A stretch of 56,936 bases of DNA from Chiloscyllium plagiosum (Eukaryota): contig NC_057752.1 of NCBI RefSeq assembly GCF_004010195.1, positions 4,649,201 to 4,706,136 of the forward strand, given 5' to 3'. The stretch's first letter is position 1; each line of letters begins with the position of its first letter. The notes under the pieces were generated by a model, which saw nothing but the letters and a program-made list of their open reading frames with translations, had not been told where the DNA came from and did not search any database. Of this stretch, positions 23,700 to 35,049 are shown piece by piece. A program made the translations under genes and the position numbers.

Positions 23700-24190
23700 A
23701 TGAGTGTATTTTCTCTTATTTAAGAGTCATGTGATCGGTTAAACGTGAAATACTGCAGATGCTGGAAATTCGAAATGAAAACAGGACGGGCTGGAGGAAC
23801 TCAGCAGGTCTGGCAGCATACGTGGAGAGCGAATGTTTTGAGTCCATTATGACTCTTGTTCAGAACTTAATGCTCAGGTTCCGTGATGCATTCCAGGCTG
23901 ATAACACAGTGTCGTTACTGAAGGAGTACAGCATTGTGAGGGGGCATCCTTTTAAAGAAGCACGCCCCGCCCTCTTGCTTTTGTCTTTTGGTATAGATCT
24001 TCTGCCACTCTTCATCTTCACTCTTCTGGCAATCGTTTCATCCCATGTCCAACCCCCAATCCCACACGGAGCAGCTAGCTGCCTGTTTGTTATCCTTCAT
24101 GGGATCTTACTGTACACAATTGGGTGGCTGCATTTACCAACAGAATGCCAAACGCTGCCCTTGAAAAGTAATCTGCACCACATCAGAGAG
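23700..24190 (+). mobile_element. Deu-domain SINE interrupted by a PLE pLTR fragment (23741-23867)
   Basis: SINE: caggctga..cagtg..tactgaaggagtacagcattgt..gggatcttactgtacacaattggg. Insert: tactgcagatgctggaaat..actcagcaggtctggcagcat..gagtcc..gactcttgttcagaact, with a decayed HHR on the minus strand. Confidence 0.6.
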
Positions 24191-24892
24191 TATAGGATGA
24201 TTCCCTCCCAGCAGTTTATGTTCTGGGGTTTGAGACTATGCCATATTCTGTGATACAGTCATGCCCAGTCCAGAGAACAGACTTTAAACCTCAACCCTTT
24301 TCCCAGCCCTTGTTGCTGTGCTATCTCCCTGTACACATACACAAAAATGTCATCATTGACTGCATTGCAATCTCTTTTGCTTTCCATTTCTGAATGCCAG
24401 TCACCTGGCGAGGGAACCTGGGCATGGCGTGCCGTTTTTTTCCCCCATCCGTTTGCTTGTTTACACAGAGCTGTCCCATATGTTGCTACAGCAAATAAAC
24501 CAATCAATCTGCCAAATGGTTTCTGCTACATTTAAAGTGGGTAGTGCCTTTATAGGAATAATATCTTGTGACGGTTAGGAGCGGAGGAAATTGAGTGACC
24601 CGTTGAATTGGAGCCCTCTTTCACTTCAGGAACATTCATTTGAATGAGGCTAAGATTTGAGAGCCTGACTATTCCAGTGCACTCCTGGTCACCTAAACCT
24701 GAGCTTATCTAAAACCCTGCTTCCCATGTCTTAACTCACAGCAAGTCCCATTCTCCTATCATCCCTGCGCTCTCACTGATCTATATCAACTCCCAGGAGA
24801 AAGTGAGGTCTGCAGATGCTGGAGATCAGAGCTGAAAATGTGTTGCTGGAAAAGCGCAGCAGGTCAAGCAGCATCCAGGGAACAGGAGAATC

Positions 24893-24920
24893 GACGTTTC
24901 GGGCATAAGCCCTTCTTCAG
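24893..24920 (-). ncRNA. Minimal type-I hammerhead ribozyme, core intact (mirror copy)
   Basis: Exact reverse complement of 24955-24982. Confidence 0.8.
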
Positions 24921-24954
24921 GAATGAGGAAAGTTTCTACAAACTTTCCTCATTC

Positions 24955-24982
24955 CTGAAGAAGGGCTTATGCCCGAAACGTC
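24955..24982 (+). ncRNA. Minimal type-I hammerhead ribozyme, core intact
   Basis: CTGAAGA-A-GGGC-TTAT-GCCC-GAAA-CG-TC: CUGANGA, stem II, GAAA, palindromic ACGU mini stem III, GUC cleavage triplet. Confidence 0.8.
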
Positions 24983-25194
24983 GATTCTCCTGTTCCCTGG
25001 ATGCTGCCTGACCTGCTGCGCTTTTCCAGCAACACATTTTCAGCTCTATATCAACTCCCAGTCAAGCAACAGGTTCATTTTCAAATTCTCATCCTTTGTT
25101 TACAAATCCCTCCTTGGCCACACCCTCTCCCTCTCTCCCCCGGCCCCAGTACCCTCCAAGTTATCAGCACTCCTTTAATTCTGACCTCTTAGAG

Positions 25195-26140
25195 AGACAC
25201 AGAAGAGGCCCTTTGGCCGATCAAGTTTGTGCCAACCTATCCCAAACTGGCCCATAGTCTTGAATCTTATAACGTTTCACATGCTCATCCAAGTCATGTT
25301 TAAGGGTTGCGAGGTTTCCCACCTCAACTACCCTCCCAGGCAGTGCATTCCACAATTCCACCACCCTCTGGATGCAAAGTGTTTTCCTCAAATCCACTCT
25401 AAATTTCATGCCCTTTCCCTAAAACGATGGCCCCCTCACTATTGATCCTTCCACTAAGGGAAATCAGGTCCCCTCTTAACCTTGTTTGCTCTAAAGAAAA
25501 CAACCCAAGCTTATCCAGCCTCTCTTCATATCTGAAATGCTCCATATCAGGTAACATCCTGGTGAAGCTCCTCTCGCCCGTGCTCCAGTTCAATCGCATC
25601 CTTCTTATTGTGTAGTGACCAGAAGTGCACACAGTACTTCAGATGAGGCCTAACCAAAACTTTGCAAAAGTGAGGACTGCCAATGCTGGAGATCAGAGTC
25701 TAGATTAGAGTGGTGTTGGAAAAGAACAGCAGGTCAAGCAGCATCTGAGGAGAAGGAAAAATCGATGTTTCGTGTAAAAGCCCTTCATTCCTGATGCTGC
25801 TTGACCTGCTGTGCTTTTCCAGCACCACTCTAACCAAAACTTTGGATAACTGTAAAGTAACATCCCTGCTTTTATAATCTATGCCATGACTGATAATAGC
25901 AATTCTCCCCTATGTCCTCTTAATTACTCTGTTAACCTGTCCTGCCATCTTCGGGGATCTGTGGGCAAGGACCCCAAGATCCCTCTGTTCATTGGAGCTT
26001 CCTAATGTCCTACCATTCACTGGGCACTGCCTTGTCTTGTTACTTCTTCCAAAGTGCACCACCTTGTGCTTTTATGAACTGAATTCTACCTGCCACTGAT
26101 CTGCCAATCTGACCAACCCAATTATATCCTGCTATAACCT
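25195..26140 (-). mobile_element. CR1 LINE 3' fragment with a nested PLE palindrome
   Basis: Minus ORFs: RSFTRMLPDMEHFRYEERLDKLGLFSLEQTRLRGDLI; QRVVELWNALPGRVVE. Confidence 0.85.
25665..25829. mobile_element. Fold-back PLE mini-element (HHR core disrupted) with a 15-bp TSD
   Basis: CTAACCAAAACTTTG occurs at 25650-25664 and 25830-25844. Arms ttagagtggtgttggaaaagaacagcaggtcaagcagcatc / gatgctgcttgacctgctgtgcttttccagcaccactctaa. Confidence 0.9.
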
Positions 26141-26474
26141 AAGATGTTCTTTTGCATTCCCCATTATAATTTCTCAGGCCTTGAAACCTACCGCTTTGAC
26201 CAGCCATTTGGTCATCTCCTTCTGTTGCATGTGATCCAACTTGTTTTACAATGCTCCTCTGAAATGGCTCAGGCTGTTATGCTACTGGTGCCATATAAAC
26301 ATAAGCCTGCTGTTGTTGTAAGTGCATGTTGGGATAGAAGTTTCCTCCACCTGTTGGAGAAATGTTTACACAACATCAATGAAGTGATTCCAGTCCCACA
26401 GCTCAGCTCTGACTGGCAAGCTTACAGCAACCTTCAATCATGACTGCTACAGCTTGTGGACTTATACCAGAAAA

Positions 26475-26689
26475 TAGTCTCGCCATGATCCCATTCTCTC
26501 ATTAGAGAGACAGAGAGAGAGAGAGAGAGATGAGTGGTGGTGAGTTTAACCTGAGGGTCACCACTCTTCAAGCAAGGAGTGTGGTTGATAAGGTGGGACT
26601 TCCATGGTGACCTCAGAATTGAGCCCACCCTGTTGGTGTCACTTTGCATCGCAAAGTAGCCGTCCAGCCAACTGAGCTAACTGACCCCC
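26475..26689 (-). mobile_element. tRNA-derived SINE family C (other copies 27508-27603 partial and 35612-35824)
   Basis: The minus strand begins ggggtcagttagctcagttggctggacgg (A box) ..gggctcaattc (B box); shared core gaccctcaggttaaactcaccacca.(ct)n.aatgagag. Confidence 0.75.
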
Positions 26690-27675
26690 AACTAGGTACT
26701 GCCACAGTAAGAGGTGCTCTCCTGAGCTTGGAGCGGAGTGGGAGTAAGAGTCAGTTTGCACAATGCTGGACTGTCATGACCAAATAATGTTCTATTTCTC
26801 AGGAGATAAAACAAAATTCCATCTATTCGTGACTGAAATGTGGTAACTTGGTCATTTTGGTTATCTTTCTCTTTCCTTAAGGTGACTGATATCATTCCAA
26901 CTTAACAGGCTTTATAAGCCACTGCAGCTAAGCGCCAGTTCATTGATTGCCAATGGACAGAGAGGGCCTTTACTCATTTGGGGAATCATACTCAGAGCAA
27001 TTTTCATCTCAACTGCCTGGGCAGAAGTCGGGTGTGGAACTTATTGCTTGCCCATGGCATGACCGGCCTCATCTTCATACCATTGTAACCAGGTGATCAG
27101 CTCTGGCAGATTTACCATGCAGAACACTGACAGCACAGAAACAAGCCATTCGGCCCAACTAGTCAATGTTTTGCATTTATGCTCCACACTGGCCTTTTCC
27201 CATCTCTTTTCAGTGAACACCATCAGAATATCCTATTCCTTTCTCCCTCCTGTGGCTCTCCAGCTTCCTCTTTCAATGAAACTTGGCTATTTGCCTCAAC
27301 CACGCCCCGCGGTAGCAGGTTCCCCATTCTCACCACTGAAGGTGAAAATAATGCCCACTGTTTGCAGGCACTGGGTGTAATGTTAGAGGCTGCGATTATT
27401 GTGGTGAGTTTCTATTGACTCAGTAATTCTAATTATCTGAGGCTGGGTGGACTCCTCTCAATATTATCCTCCCCACTCCAATTGTCTGCCCTCCTCATCT
27501 AAAAGATAAAGGTAAAATCGCCATAGTCCCAGAGGACGAGAAGGTGACTCTCACATTAGAGAAAGGCAGTTGGTGGTGAGTTTAACCTGAGGGTTACCAC
27601 ATCTAACCCTTCCCCTATACACAACAATTTCTGACTGGGATGTGCTCCATGGGAGTCAGCAACCTTTCTATGTAG

Positions 27676-28000
27676 GGGCAGCACGGTGGCTCAGTGGTCA
27701 GCACTGCTCCCTCACAGCGCCAGGGACCAGGGTTCGATTCCCACCTCGGGCGACTGTCTGTGTGGAGTTTGCACATTCTCCCCGTGTCTCCGTGGGTTTC
27801 CTCTGGATGCTCCGGTTTCCTCCCACAGTCCAAAGATGTGCAGGTTAGATGAATTGACCATGCTAAATTGCCCATAGTGTTAGGTGCATTAGTCAGGGAT
27901 ATATGTGGGAAATGGGTCTGGGTGGGTTACTCTTCGGAGGGTCGGTATGGACTTCTTAGGCCAAAGGGCCTGTTTCGATACTGTAGTTAATCTAATCTAT
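27676..28000 (+). mobile_element. Full-length HE1-type SINE
   Basis: GGCAGCACGGTGGCTCAGTGG..GGGTTCGATTCC..V-domain..(aatct)n tail. Confidence 0.9.
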
Positions 28001-28409
28001 GTCTCATCCAGGTGCAACCATAATGAGTGTTCAGGCTTTATCGTCACCTTGGTGACACTATCTCTGTTCTAAAGCCATGCAGAGGCCATTAGATAGTGAG
28101 CTCAAGCAGCTGCCCTGATGTTGTTCCCTCCTTAGCCCAGGGCATCCAAATTGCTATGTTGGAATCAGCTAACTGAGCACTGACTCTGGAGTCAGGCCTG
28201 AATCCCATAAAACTTAAATCAGAACAGCATCAACACTTCACAACAATGTACTGTTAGCTATCATTTCAAGCAAATAATTGCTGCACTCAGTAAGTGGAGG
28301 ATATCCATTTGTGAAACATTTGAGTGAAAGGCGAAAGGTGCCAGTCATTCAGTGGATGGAGTGCAGTGAAGGTTTACTAGACTGAGTCCTCGGATGGCAG
28401 GAAATCCCA

Positions 28410-30050
28410 TTTACAAATTTGCTGACCCCCGTAGTCGGCCAGATGTCAAACAGTGACGAGACAGGGAACAGAAACGAGATAGACAGCTTAGGGGCATGGT
28501 GTAAAGACAACAATCCCTTGCTTAATGTCAGCAAAATGAAGGAGCGAGTCATCGACATCAGGAGTCAGAGTGGATGGCACACCGCTCTCTGCATCAATGC
28601 TGCTGAGGTGGAGGTGGTCGAGAGCTTTAGGTTTTGAGGGAAATATCACCAACAATCTGTCCAGGCCCATCCATGTCAATTCTGTTGTCACACAATCTCT
28701 ACTTCCTCAGGAGGCTAAGGAAATTCGGTATGTCCACAATGACTCTTACAAATGTTTAGAGATGCTCCATAGAAAGCATCCTATCTGGATACATCAGAGC
28801 GTGGTATGACAACTGGTCTGCCCAAGACCACAAGAAGTCACAGAGAGTTGTGAATGCAGGCCAGTCCATCATGAAAAAACCAGCCTTCCTTCCATTAAGG
28901 GTGTTGGTGGAGGGTTGCTTTTCAGACTAGAGGCCTGTGACCAGTGGAGTGTCACAAGGATCAATGCTGGGTCCATTGCTTTTTGTCATTTATATAAATG
29001 ATTTGGATATGAACATAGGAGGTATGGTTAGTAAGTTTGCAGATGACACCAAAATTGGAGGTGTAGTGGACAGTGAAGAAGGTTACCTCAGATTACAAGT
29101 TAGGAGTTGGGAGGTCGTGTTACGGCTGTACAGGACATTGGTTAGGCCACTGTTGGAATATTGTGTGCAATTCTGGTCACCCTGCTACAGGAAAGATGTT
29201 GTGAAACCTGAAAGGGTTCAGAAAAGATTTACAAGGATGTTGCCAGGTTGGAGGGTTTGAGCTATAAGGAGAGGCTGAATAGGCTGGGGCTGTTTTCCCT
29301 GGAGCGCTGGAGGCTGAGGAATGAACTTATGGAGGTTTACAAAATCATGGGGGTTATTGATAGGGCGAATAGCCAAGGTCTTTTCCCCAGGGTGGGGGGA
29401 GTCCAAACCTAGAGGGCATAGGTTTAAGGTGAGAGGGGAAAGATTTAAAAAGGACCTAAGGGGCAACCTTTTCACACAGAGCGTGGTGCGTGTATGGAAT
29501 GAGCTGCCAGAGGAAGTGGTGGAGGCTGGTACAATGACAACATTTAAAAGGCATCTGGATGAGTATGTGAATGGGAAGGATTTTGAGGGATATTGGCTAA
29601 ATACTGGCAAATGGGACTAGATTAACTTAGGATATCTGGCCAGCATGGACAAGTTGCACCATAAAGTGTGTTTCCATGCTGTACATCTCTATGATTCTAT
29701 GACTCTATCTATACTCCCTGCTGCCTTGAGAAAACTGCCAACATAATCAAAGACCTCTCCTACCCCAGTTATACTCTCTTCCAATCTCTTCCATCGGACA
29801 GAAGATACAAAGGTTTGAAAATACGTGCCAACAGATTTAAGAACAGCTTCTTCCCCGCTGTTATCAGACATCTGAACGGACCGTTCATATATAGAGTTGA
29901 TCTTTCTCTGTACCTTCTCTGTAGCTTTAACACTATATTCTACATTCTATTACCCTGCTGTACTTATGTAAGGTATGATGTGTCTGGATAGCATGCAAAA
30001 CAATACTTTTCACTGTATCTTGGTGCATGTGATAATAATATATAAAATCA
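28410..30050 (+). mobile_element. Rex1/Babar-clade LINE 3' fragment split by a CR1 insertion
   Basis: KFAD..VVGQMSNSDETGNRNEIDSLGAWCKDNNPLLNVSKMKERVID; resumes at ~29708 with KTANIIKD..LPSDRRYK..RANRFKNSFFPAVIRHLN. Confidence 0.8.
28898..29707 (+). mobile_element. HER1-like CR1 with an internal deletion
   Basis: [33 protein letters not shown] is fused directly to RSWEVVLRLYRTLVRP; the segment present at ~17303-17560 is missing. Tail tctatgattctatgactct. Confidence 0.9.
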
Positions 30051-30962
30051 AAAATCGTGTCCCATAAACACTTCACCAAATACTCCACTGACTGTAAACC
30101 CTTTTCAGACTTTCTCCTTTCAACATGAATTACTACCAAAAAGTGAATCAGTATGGCAATCTCGATAGGTACTGTAATAGAAACTTGCCTTTAATTATCT
30201 TTCTAAATCATTATTTTTTGTTTCGTTTTCAGCATCTGTTGGGTCTCACAAAGCTGTAAACCGAAACTACTGAGTGGTAAATTTAGGGCTTTTCCTCTGA
30301 CACTTTGAAATGGTCTGGGTCCAGGTGGACAAAGAGTAACAGCAAATACTTTGGCAGAAAAATACCCCTCAGTGAAGGTGGATTTAATGCATGTTTCAGA
30401 TGGATGCCAGCCAATATAAACACATCAATGCTTATCACATTCCTACCACAGAAAAACCCCCCACAAAGGATAAAAAACAAGCCTTCACTGTTCTGGCTTT
30501 AGGTATTTATTAATGAAAACAAACACGAACAGACTCAAAATGGAAGTGTGCATGCAGAGAGCAGCCATTTTGTGTCTGTGAACTGGGCAGTTATCTATTC
30601 ATTAGAAAAGTATTGGACATATGGGATTAAAGGCTATTTGACATTCAAGATTGTTCTAATTGATTAAGAAAGCAACTTAATTGGCTGTGGGAAGACAAGT
30701 CATCCCAGTGGCTATGCTGTGAAGCATGATGGGAGAATGGTGGTAGGTCACGTGGTGCAGTCTCTTGAAGTACATTCAACCTGAGTTGGCAACGTTACCA
30801 GGAAACCTGGGTGAAGCTACACCTCACACTCCATTAAAGATACATCGTTTAAAGGCCAGATATCCTGCAATCAAGATGGGGACTTAAATAGCTTGAAGAA
30901 TCCTACAACAGCAATTTTGCCTTATAAGTAAAATTCTTCAGTCCAGGCAACATCCTTGTAAC

Positions 30963-31310
30963 TGGAGGTGATGGCCTAGTGTTTTATCAAGAGACGATTT
31001 ATCTAGAGTCCCAGGGAAATTTCTGGCTCCCAGGTTTGAATTCTACCATGGCAGGTGGTGGAATTTAAATTCAATATTTAAATAAGAGCCTAATGATGAC
31101 TATGAAACCATTGTCAATTGTCAGAAAAACCTATCTGGTTCACTAATATCCTGTAGGGAAGAAAATTTGCCATTGTCACCCTGGTCTGGCCTACATGCGA
31201 CTCCAGACCCACAGCAAGGTGGTAGATGCCTAAGCCCTCTCAGGGCAGTTAGGAATGGGCAATAAATGCTGTGCCTACTAGTGACTCCCACATCTCATCA
31301 ATTAATTTTC
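30963..31310 (+). mobile_element. Full-length SINE family B inserted in an old minus-strand CR1 remnant (~30930-31430)
   Basis: ggtgatggcctagtg (A box), ggtttgaattc (B box), core and tail ggcaataaatgctg. Confidence 0.85.
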
Positions 31311-32185
31311 AAACAACTCCTCTGCACATTCTCTTATGCAATCACATTTTTCCTTTAGCGAAATGACCAGAACTGCATACAGCGTTCCAGCTTTGGTCCA
31401 ATTCGTGTTTTATACAGTTCCAGCATAAACCCCTCCAGCCAGGCAAATATTTTGGAAGTTTAAACCTGCTATGAAATTGCTAAATAGGTGTTAAAAGTTT
31501 GTAAGATTGCATGCCATTTCCAACGTCTTTGTGCTCAATTTATTTTTCACCCTTAACATAAACTCGTAACTGGCCTCATTGCGAGTTTTCAAAAAAAAGG
31601 AATTTGTATCTTGGAAGAGATGGAATTTTGGGGTCAGGAATGTTTAAAAGGCAGGGCTAACAAAGATTAAGGTCTTTTTGCTATCTAATGGCCACTGTTG
31701 CTTTTCAATCAGCTCCTTTTCATCGGAAAGCAAGCGGGGGGGGGGGGGGAAGGCCTGACAGAGATGATCTTACAACAGAGCGCAGTTACTGTGGATTATC
31801 CTGGCCAGGTGGTATAAACACAACTGTAGTTATTGTTCAGGAGTTTGACCTTGTGCAAAATCCCCGAGACCTTCAACCCTTTTGCAAACAGTCTCCTGCT
31901 GTTTATGACAAGTGATTCAATCTGATAGTTAAAGCACGAACTGTTGTGTTTTTTTTCAATTTCCAGATCAAGGCCTATTTTTTCCAGATTCTGTTAAAGT
32001 GGGATTTGTTGAGAAATTAACAGCTCCTGCTCTCCCTGTTATTCTACAGAAAACAGCTCCAGGATTTTGCAGTAAACCTGTCTCCTGAATAATTTCAATT
32101 CTGTTTTCTTTCCCTCCTTTGCCCAATCTTCTTGCATCACCTCTCTGAAAAGCAACAATTTTTGGTGAACCGGACGGGGCTCAGT

Positions 32186-32757
32186 AAAGAGTCTCTACAC
32201 TGTCCTCATCAAAGACTGGGGGAACGCAGTCAGGCTTGGGGTTAGATACAGAGTGAAGCTCCCTCAACATTGTCCTCATCAATCACTCCCAGGACAGGGA
32301 CAGGATGGGGTTAGATACAGAGTAAAACACCACTACATTGTTCCACCAAACATTCCCAGGATAGACACAGCACTGGGTTAGATACAGAGTAAAGCTCTCT
32401 CTACACTGTCCCCATCAAACATTCCCAGGACAGGGACAGCACAGGGCTACATACAGAGTAAAGCTCCCTCTATGCTGTCCCTACCAAACACTCCCAGGAC
32501 AGGGACAGCACAGGGCTATAAACAGAGTAAAGCTCCCTCTGCGCTGTCCCTATCAAACACTCCCAGGATAGGGACAGGACAGAGACAGCACAGGGATTAG
32601 ATACAGAGTAAAGCTCCCTCTATGCTGTCCCTATCAAACACTCCCAGGACAGGGACAGCACAGGGCTTTATACAGAGTAAAGCTCTCTCTACACTGTCCC
32701 TATCAAACACTCCCAGGACAGGGACAGCACAGGGGTTAGATACCGAGTAAAGCTCTG
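32186..32757. repeat. Tandem array of a ~69-bp unit, about 8 copies
   Basis: Unit TACAGAGTAAAGCTCCCTCTACACTGTCCCCATCAAACACTCCCAGGACAGGGACAGCACAGGGTTAGA; one unit carries a short internal duplication. Confidence 0.95.
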
Positions 32758-32974
32758 CCAGGTTAGAGTTAGGTTGGCAGCATTCCGGATCTGACCTGAA
32801 CTCTCAAGAACTGAATCCTCCCCCATGGATCTGCATTCCAGCATCTGACCCAGATGACCATTCTTCCCATGTGAACCCAAATGGGCAGTGTTGGTAAGCT
32901 GTGAGGAGCATGGCATCTGCAGTGGGCTATTCATCACCTTCCACCCTCATGAACCTGCTCCACTGTTTGGTACT

Positions 32975-33368
32975 CATAGAGTCATAGAGCTGTCCAGCAT
33001 GGAAACAGACCCTTCATGGAAATTTGTCCATGTCCCAAACAGTTAATCCTAAATTAATCTAGTCCCATTTGGCCCATATCCTTCTAAACCCTTCCTATTC
33101 ATGTACCCAGCCAGATCCCTTTTAAATGTTGTAACTGTACCAGCCTCCTCCACTTCCTCTGGCAGCTCGTTCCATACACGTACCACCCTCTGTGTGAATA
33201 GGTTACCCCTTAGGTCCCTTTTATTTCTTTCCCCTCTCACCCTAAACCTATGCCTTGTAGACTTGGACTCCCCTGCCCCAGAGAAAAGACCTTGTCTATT
33301 TATCCTAACCATGCCCCTCATGATTTTATAAACCTCGATAAGGCCACCCCTCAGCCTCCGACGCTCCG
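32975..33368 (-). mobile_element. HER1-like CR1 3' end
   Basis: RRRLRGGLIEVYKIMRG..NLFTQRVVRVWNELPEEV; (catagagt)n tail. Confidence 0.9.
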
Positions 33369-33496
33369 ACATTACTCGTTACAATTAAAGAAACATATAA
33401 CTTCCCTACCCAAATGCTTGCTGTACTTGCATGTTAATTTTCCATCTTTTTTATACAATGAAATCAATTGACTAACATTTACCAGTTTTTGTAAAT

Positions 33497-33685
33497 AGAA
33501 TCCCCAATGTGGAAACAGACCATTCAGCCCAAGTCCACATCAACCCTCTAAAGAACATCCTACCCAGATCCACCCCCCTACTCTATCCCTATAACCATGC
33601 ATTTCCCATGGCTAATGCACCTAACCTACATGTTCCTGAATACTATGGGCAAGTAGGATCATGGCAGATTGTGCACCTTAACTCC
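33497..33685 (-). mobile_element. HE1-type SINE 3' fragment (others at 36370-36632, 37440-37612 and 45123-45325)
   Basis: tagaatccc..gtggaaacagaccattcagccc..gcatttcccatggctaatgcacctaacc. Confidence 0.75.
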
Positions 33686-33889
33686 ACTTCTTCTGCCCTA
33701 TCCCCAAGTCACAGCAAAAAGCTTATCGAAGACCCACATTATCAGGAATGTCAGCTCCGGTGGATTTTCTCAATTATTGCCTCTTCTGTCAGCACTTTGG
33801 ATTAGTTCACAGCATAGAGTATAAAGGCTTTGGAAATTCCTCAGTAAGCTTCCCCCCCCCACCCCCCGCCAACCCATAACAAAAGTGTT

Positions 33890-34109
33890 TGTAGTGATTG
33901 GATGCGTTCATAAAATATGAGTCCCCCAATTGAGGAAGTCAATCTGAATCAATCAGGGAGCCCTGGCTGACAGATATAAACAGGAGTGTTAGAAGTTCTG
34001 TTCACTCTGAGAGCTGCCTCTGAGGAAGCCGGACCAGTGTCAAGTAGGATGCATGTGTAAAGAAAGGGTGACTTGGTGACAGGATACCAATCTCTGTGGA
34101 GTTATTTCA
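33890..34109 (+). mobile_element. Probable solo LTR (220 bp)
   Basis: Starts TG(TAG) and ends (TTT)CA, flanked by GTGTT / ATGTT (5-bp TSD, one transition). Internal GATATAAA and a degenerate poly(A) signal AAGAAA ~45 nt from the end. Confidence 0.65.
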
Positions 34110-35049
34110 ATGTTTGCCCACAGTGCGTTGGAGGGTTTGACTAAATGTTTGCATCTCTCTCACAAAACTGAAAGATTGGGTCCGTGACCTCTCTAGAGAT
34201 GTTTACCAATGCTCTTATCATTGGATTTTCCTTCCACTTTTTGCTGACAACGCCTGGCACTTGTGTGACATGAATGTTTCCTGCCACTTATCAGCCCAAG
34301 TCCAAGTATTGTTCAGGTCTGTAGTGAGGTGACAGGGCCAGTCTATGACCTGAACCCTAATTGGGTTCTTGTTTCAAGTTTTGGCCTAATTTTCTGATAG
34401 TATGACCGTGGATTTTTGATTAAGAAAATGTAAATCCATGCAGCATCAGGGTGAAATTGATTGCTCCACGATCCAGGGGCCCAACAGAATATTGTAGATT
34501 GACATTTCGGGTCTACAGAGTTCCAATGTTCTGGAATCAGGACCTGAAGGAACAGCTTTTCACTTCTATCCTGACTTGATCCCCTCCCATGTGAACTAAG
34601 CTCCATTCACTGGTGATCAAAAGAAGTTGTGTGTAACGTCTTATTATTCCCACCATGTAATGATTAACAACTAAATGAGAGTTTATGTTGAAGGCACACA
34701 AGAGGTTAGGCAGCAACTTGCGGGAAGGACAGGCAATGTAACAATTTGGGCACAGACCCTGTTTCAAAACAGATCATGTCATCATTCACAGGTTTATGGG
34801 TCTTGCATCAATTGTATAATAAGTAATTCATTTGGAAAATGCAAATAAAACTCTCCTGCTGTTAAGGACTCAAATTGATGGCACAGCCCAACCCTGTAGG
34901 CCTACAACTATCTGAGCCCTCAGCATTTCAGTGACTCTGTCTTCTGAATAACTGATTTTTCAGCTGATGGCTGTGCCTTGGGTCATAAATTCCAAAGTTC
35001 TCTCTTTGCCGCTATCCTCCTTTCAAACGCTCCTTCAAACTTACCTCCT

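Larger units (their letters stand above)
24797..25044. mobile_element. Palindromic non-coding PLE mini-element with 108-bp inverted arms and a 17-bp TSD
   Basis: Arms 24828-24935 and 24940-25047 are reverse complements with one mismatch and a CTAC loop. TCTATATCAACTCCCAG occurs at 24780-24796 and 25045-25061. Confidence 0.95.
24690..26320 (+). mobile_element. L2 LINE 3' remnant hosting nested insertions
   Basis: IIPAL.TDLYQLPVKQQVHF.IL..VYKSL.G resembles the L2 ITP.L..LHWLPV motif and is split at the 24780/25061 TSD. L2 3' end aaacctaccgctttgaccagccatttggtca..ctgttgttgt at 26184-26320. Confidence 0.6.

Noticed and set aside
27676..27760. tRNA genes at SINE 5' ends
   Set aside because: A/B boxes are present but continue into V-domain or SINE bodies; these are tRNA-derived heads, not complete cloverleaves.
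32186..32757. CRISPR array or twister ribozyme interpretation of the 69-bp repeat (CRISPR also considered for the 39-bp repeat at 49862)
   Set aside because: Units are head-to-tail with no unique spacers, there are no cas genes, and the context is eukaryotic. I could not fit the twister pseudoknots.
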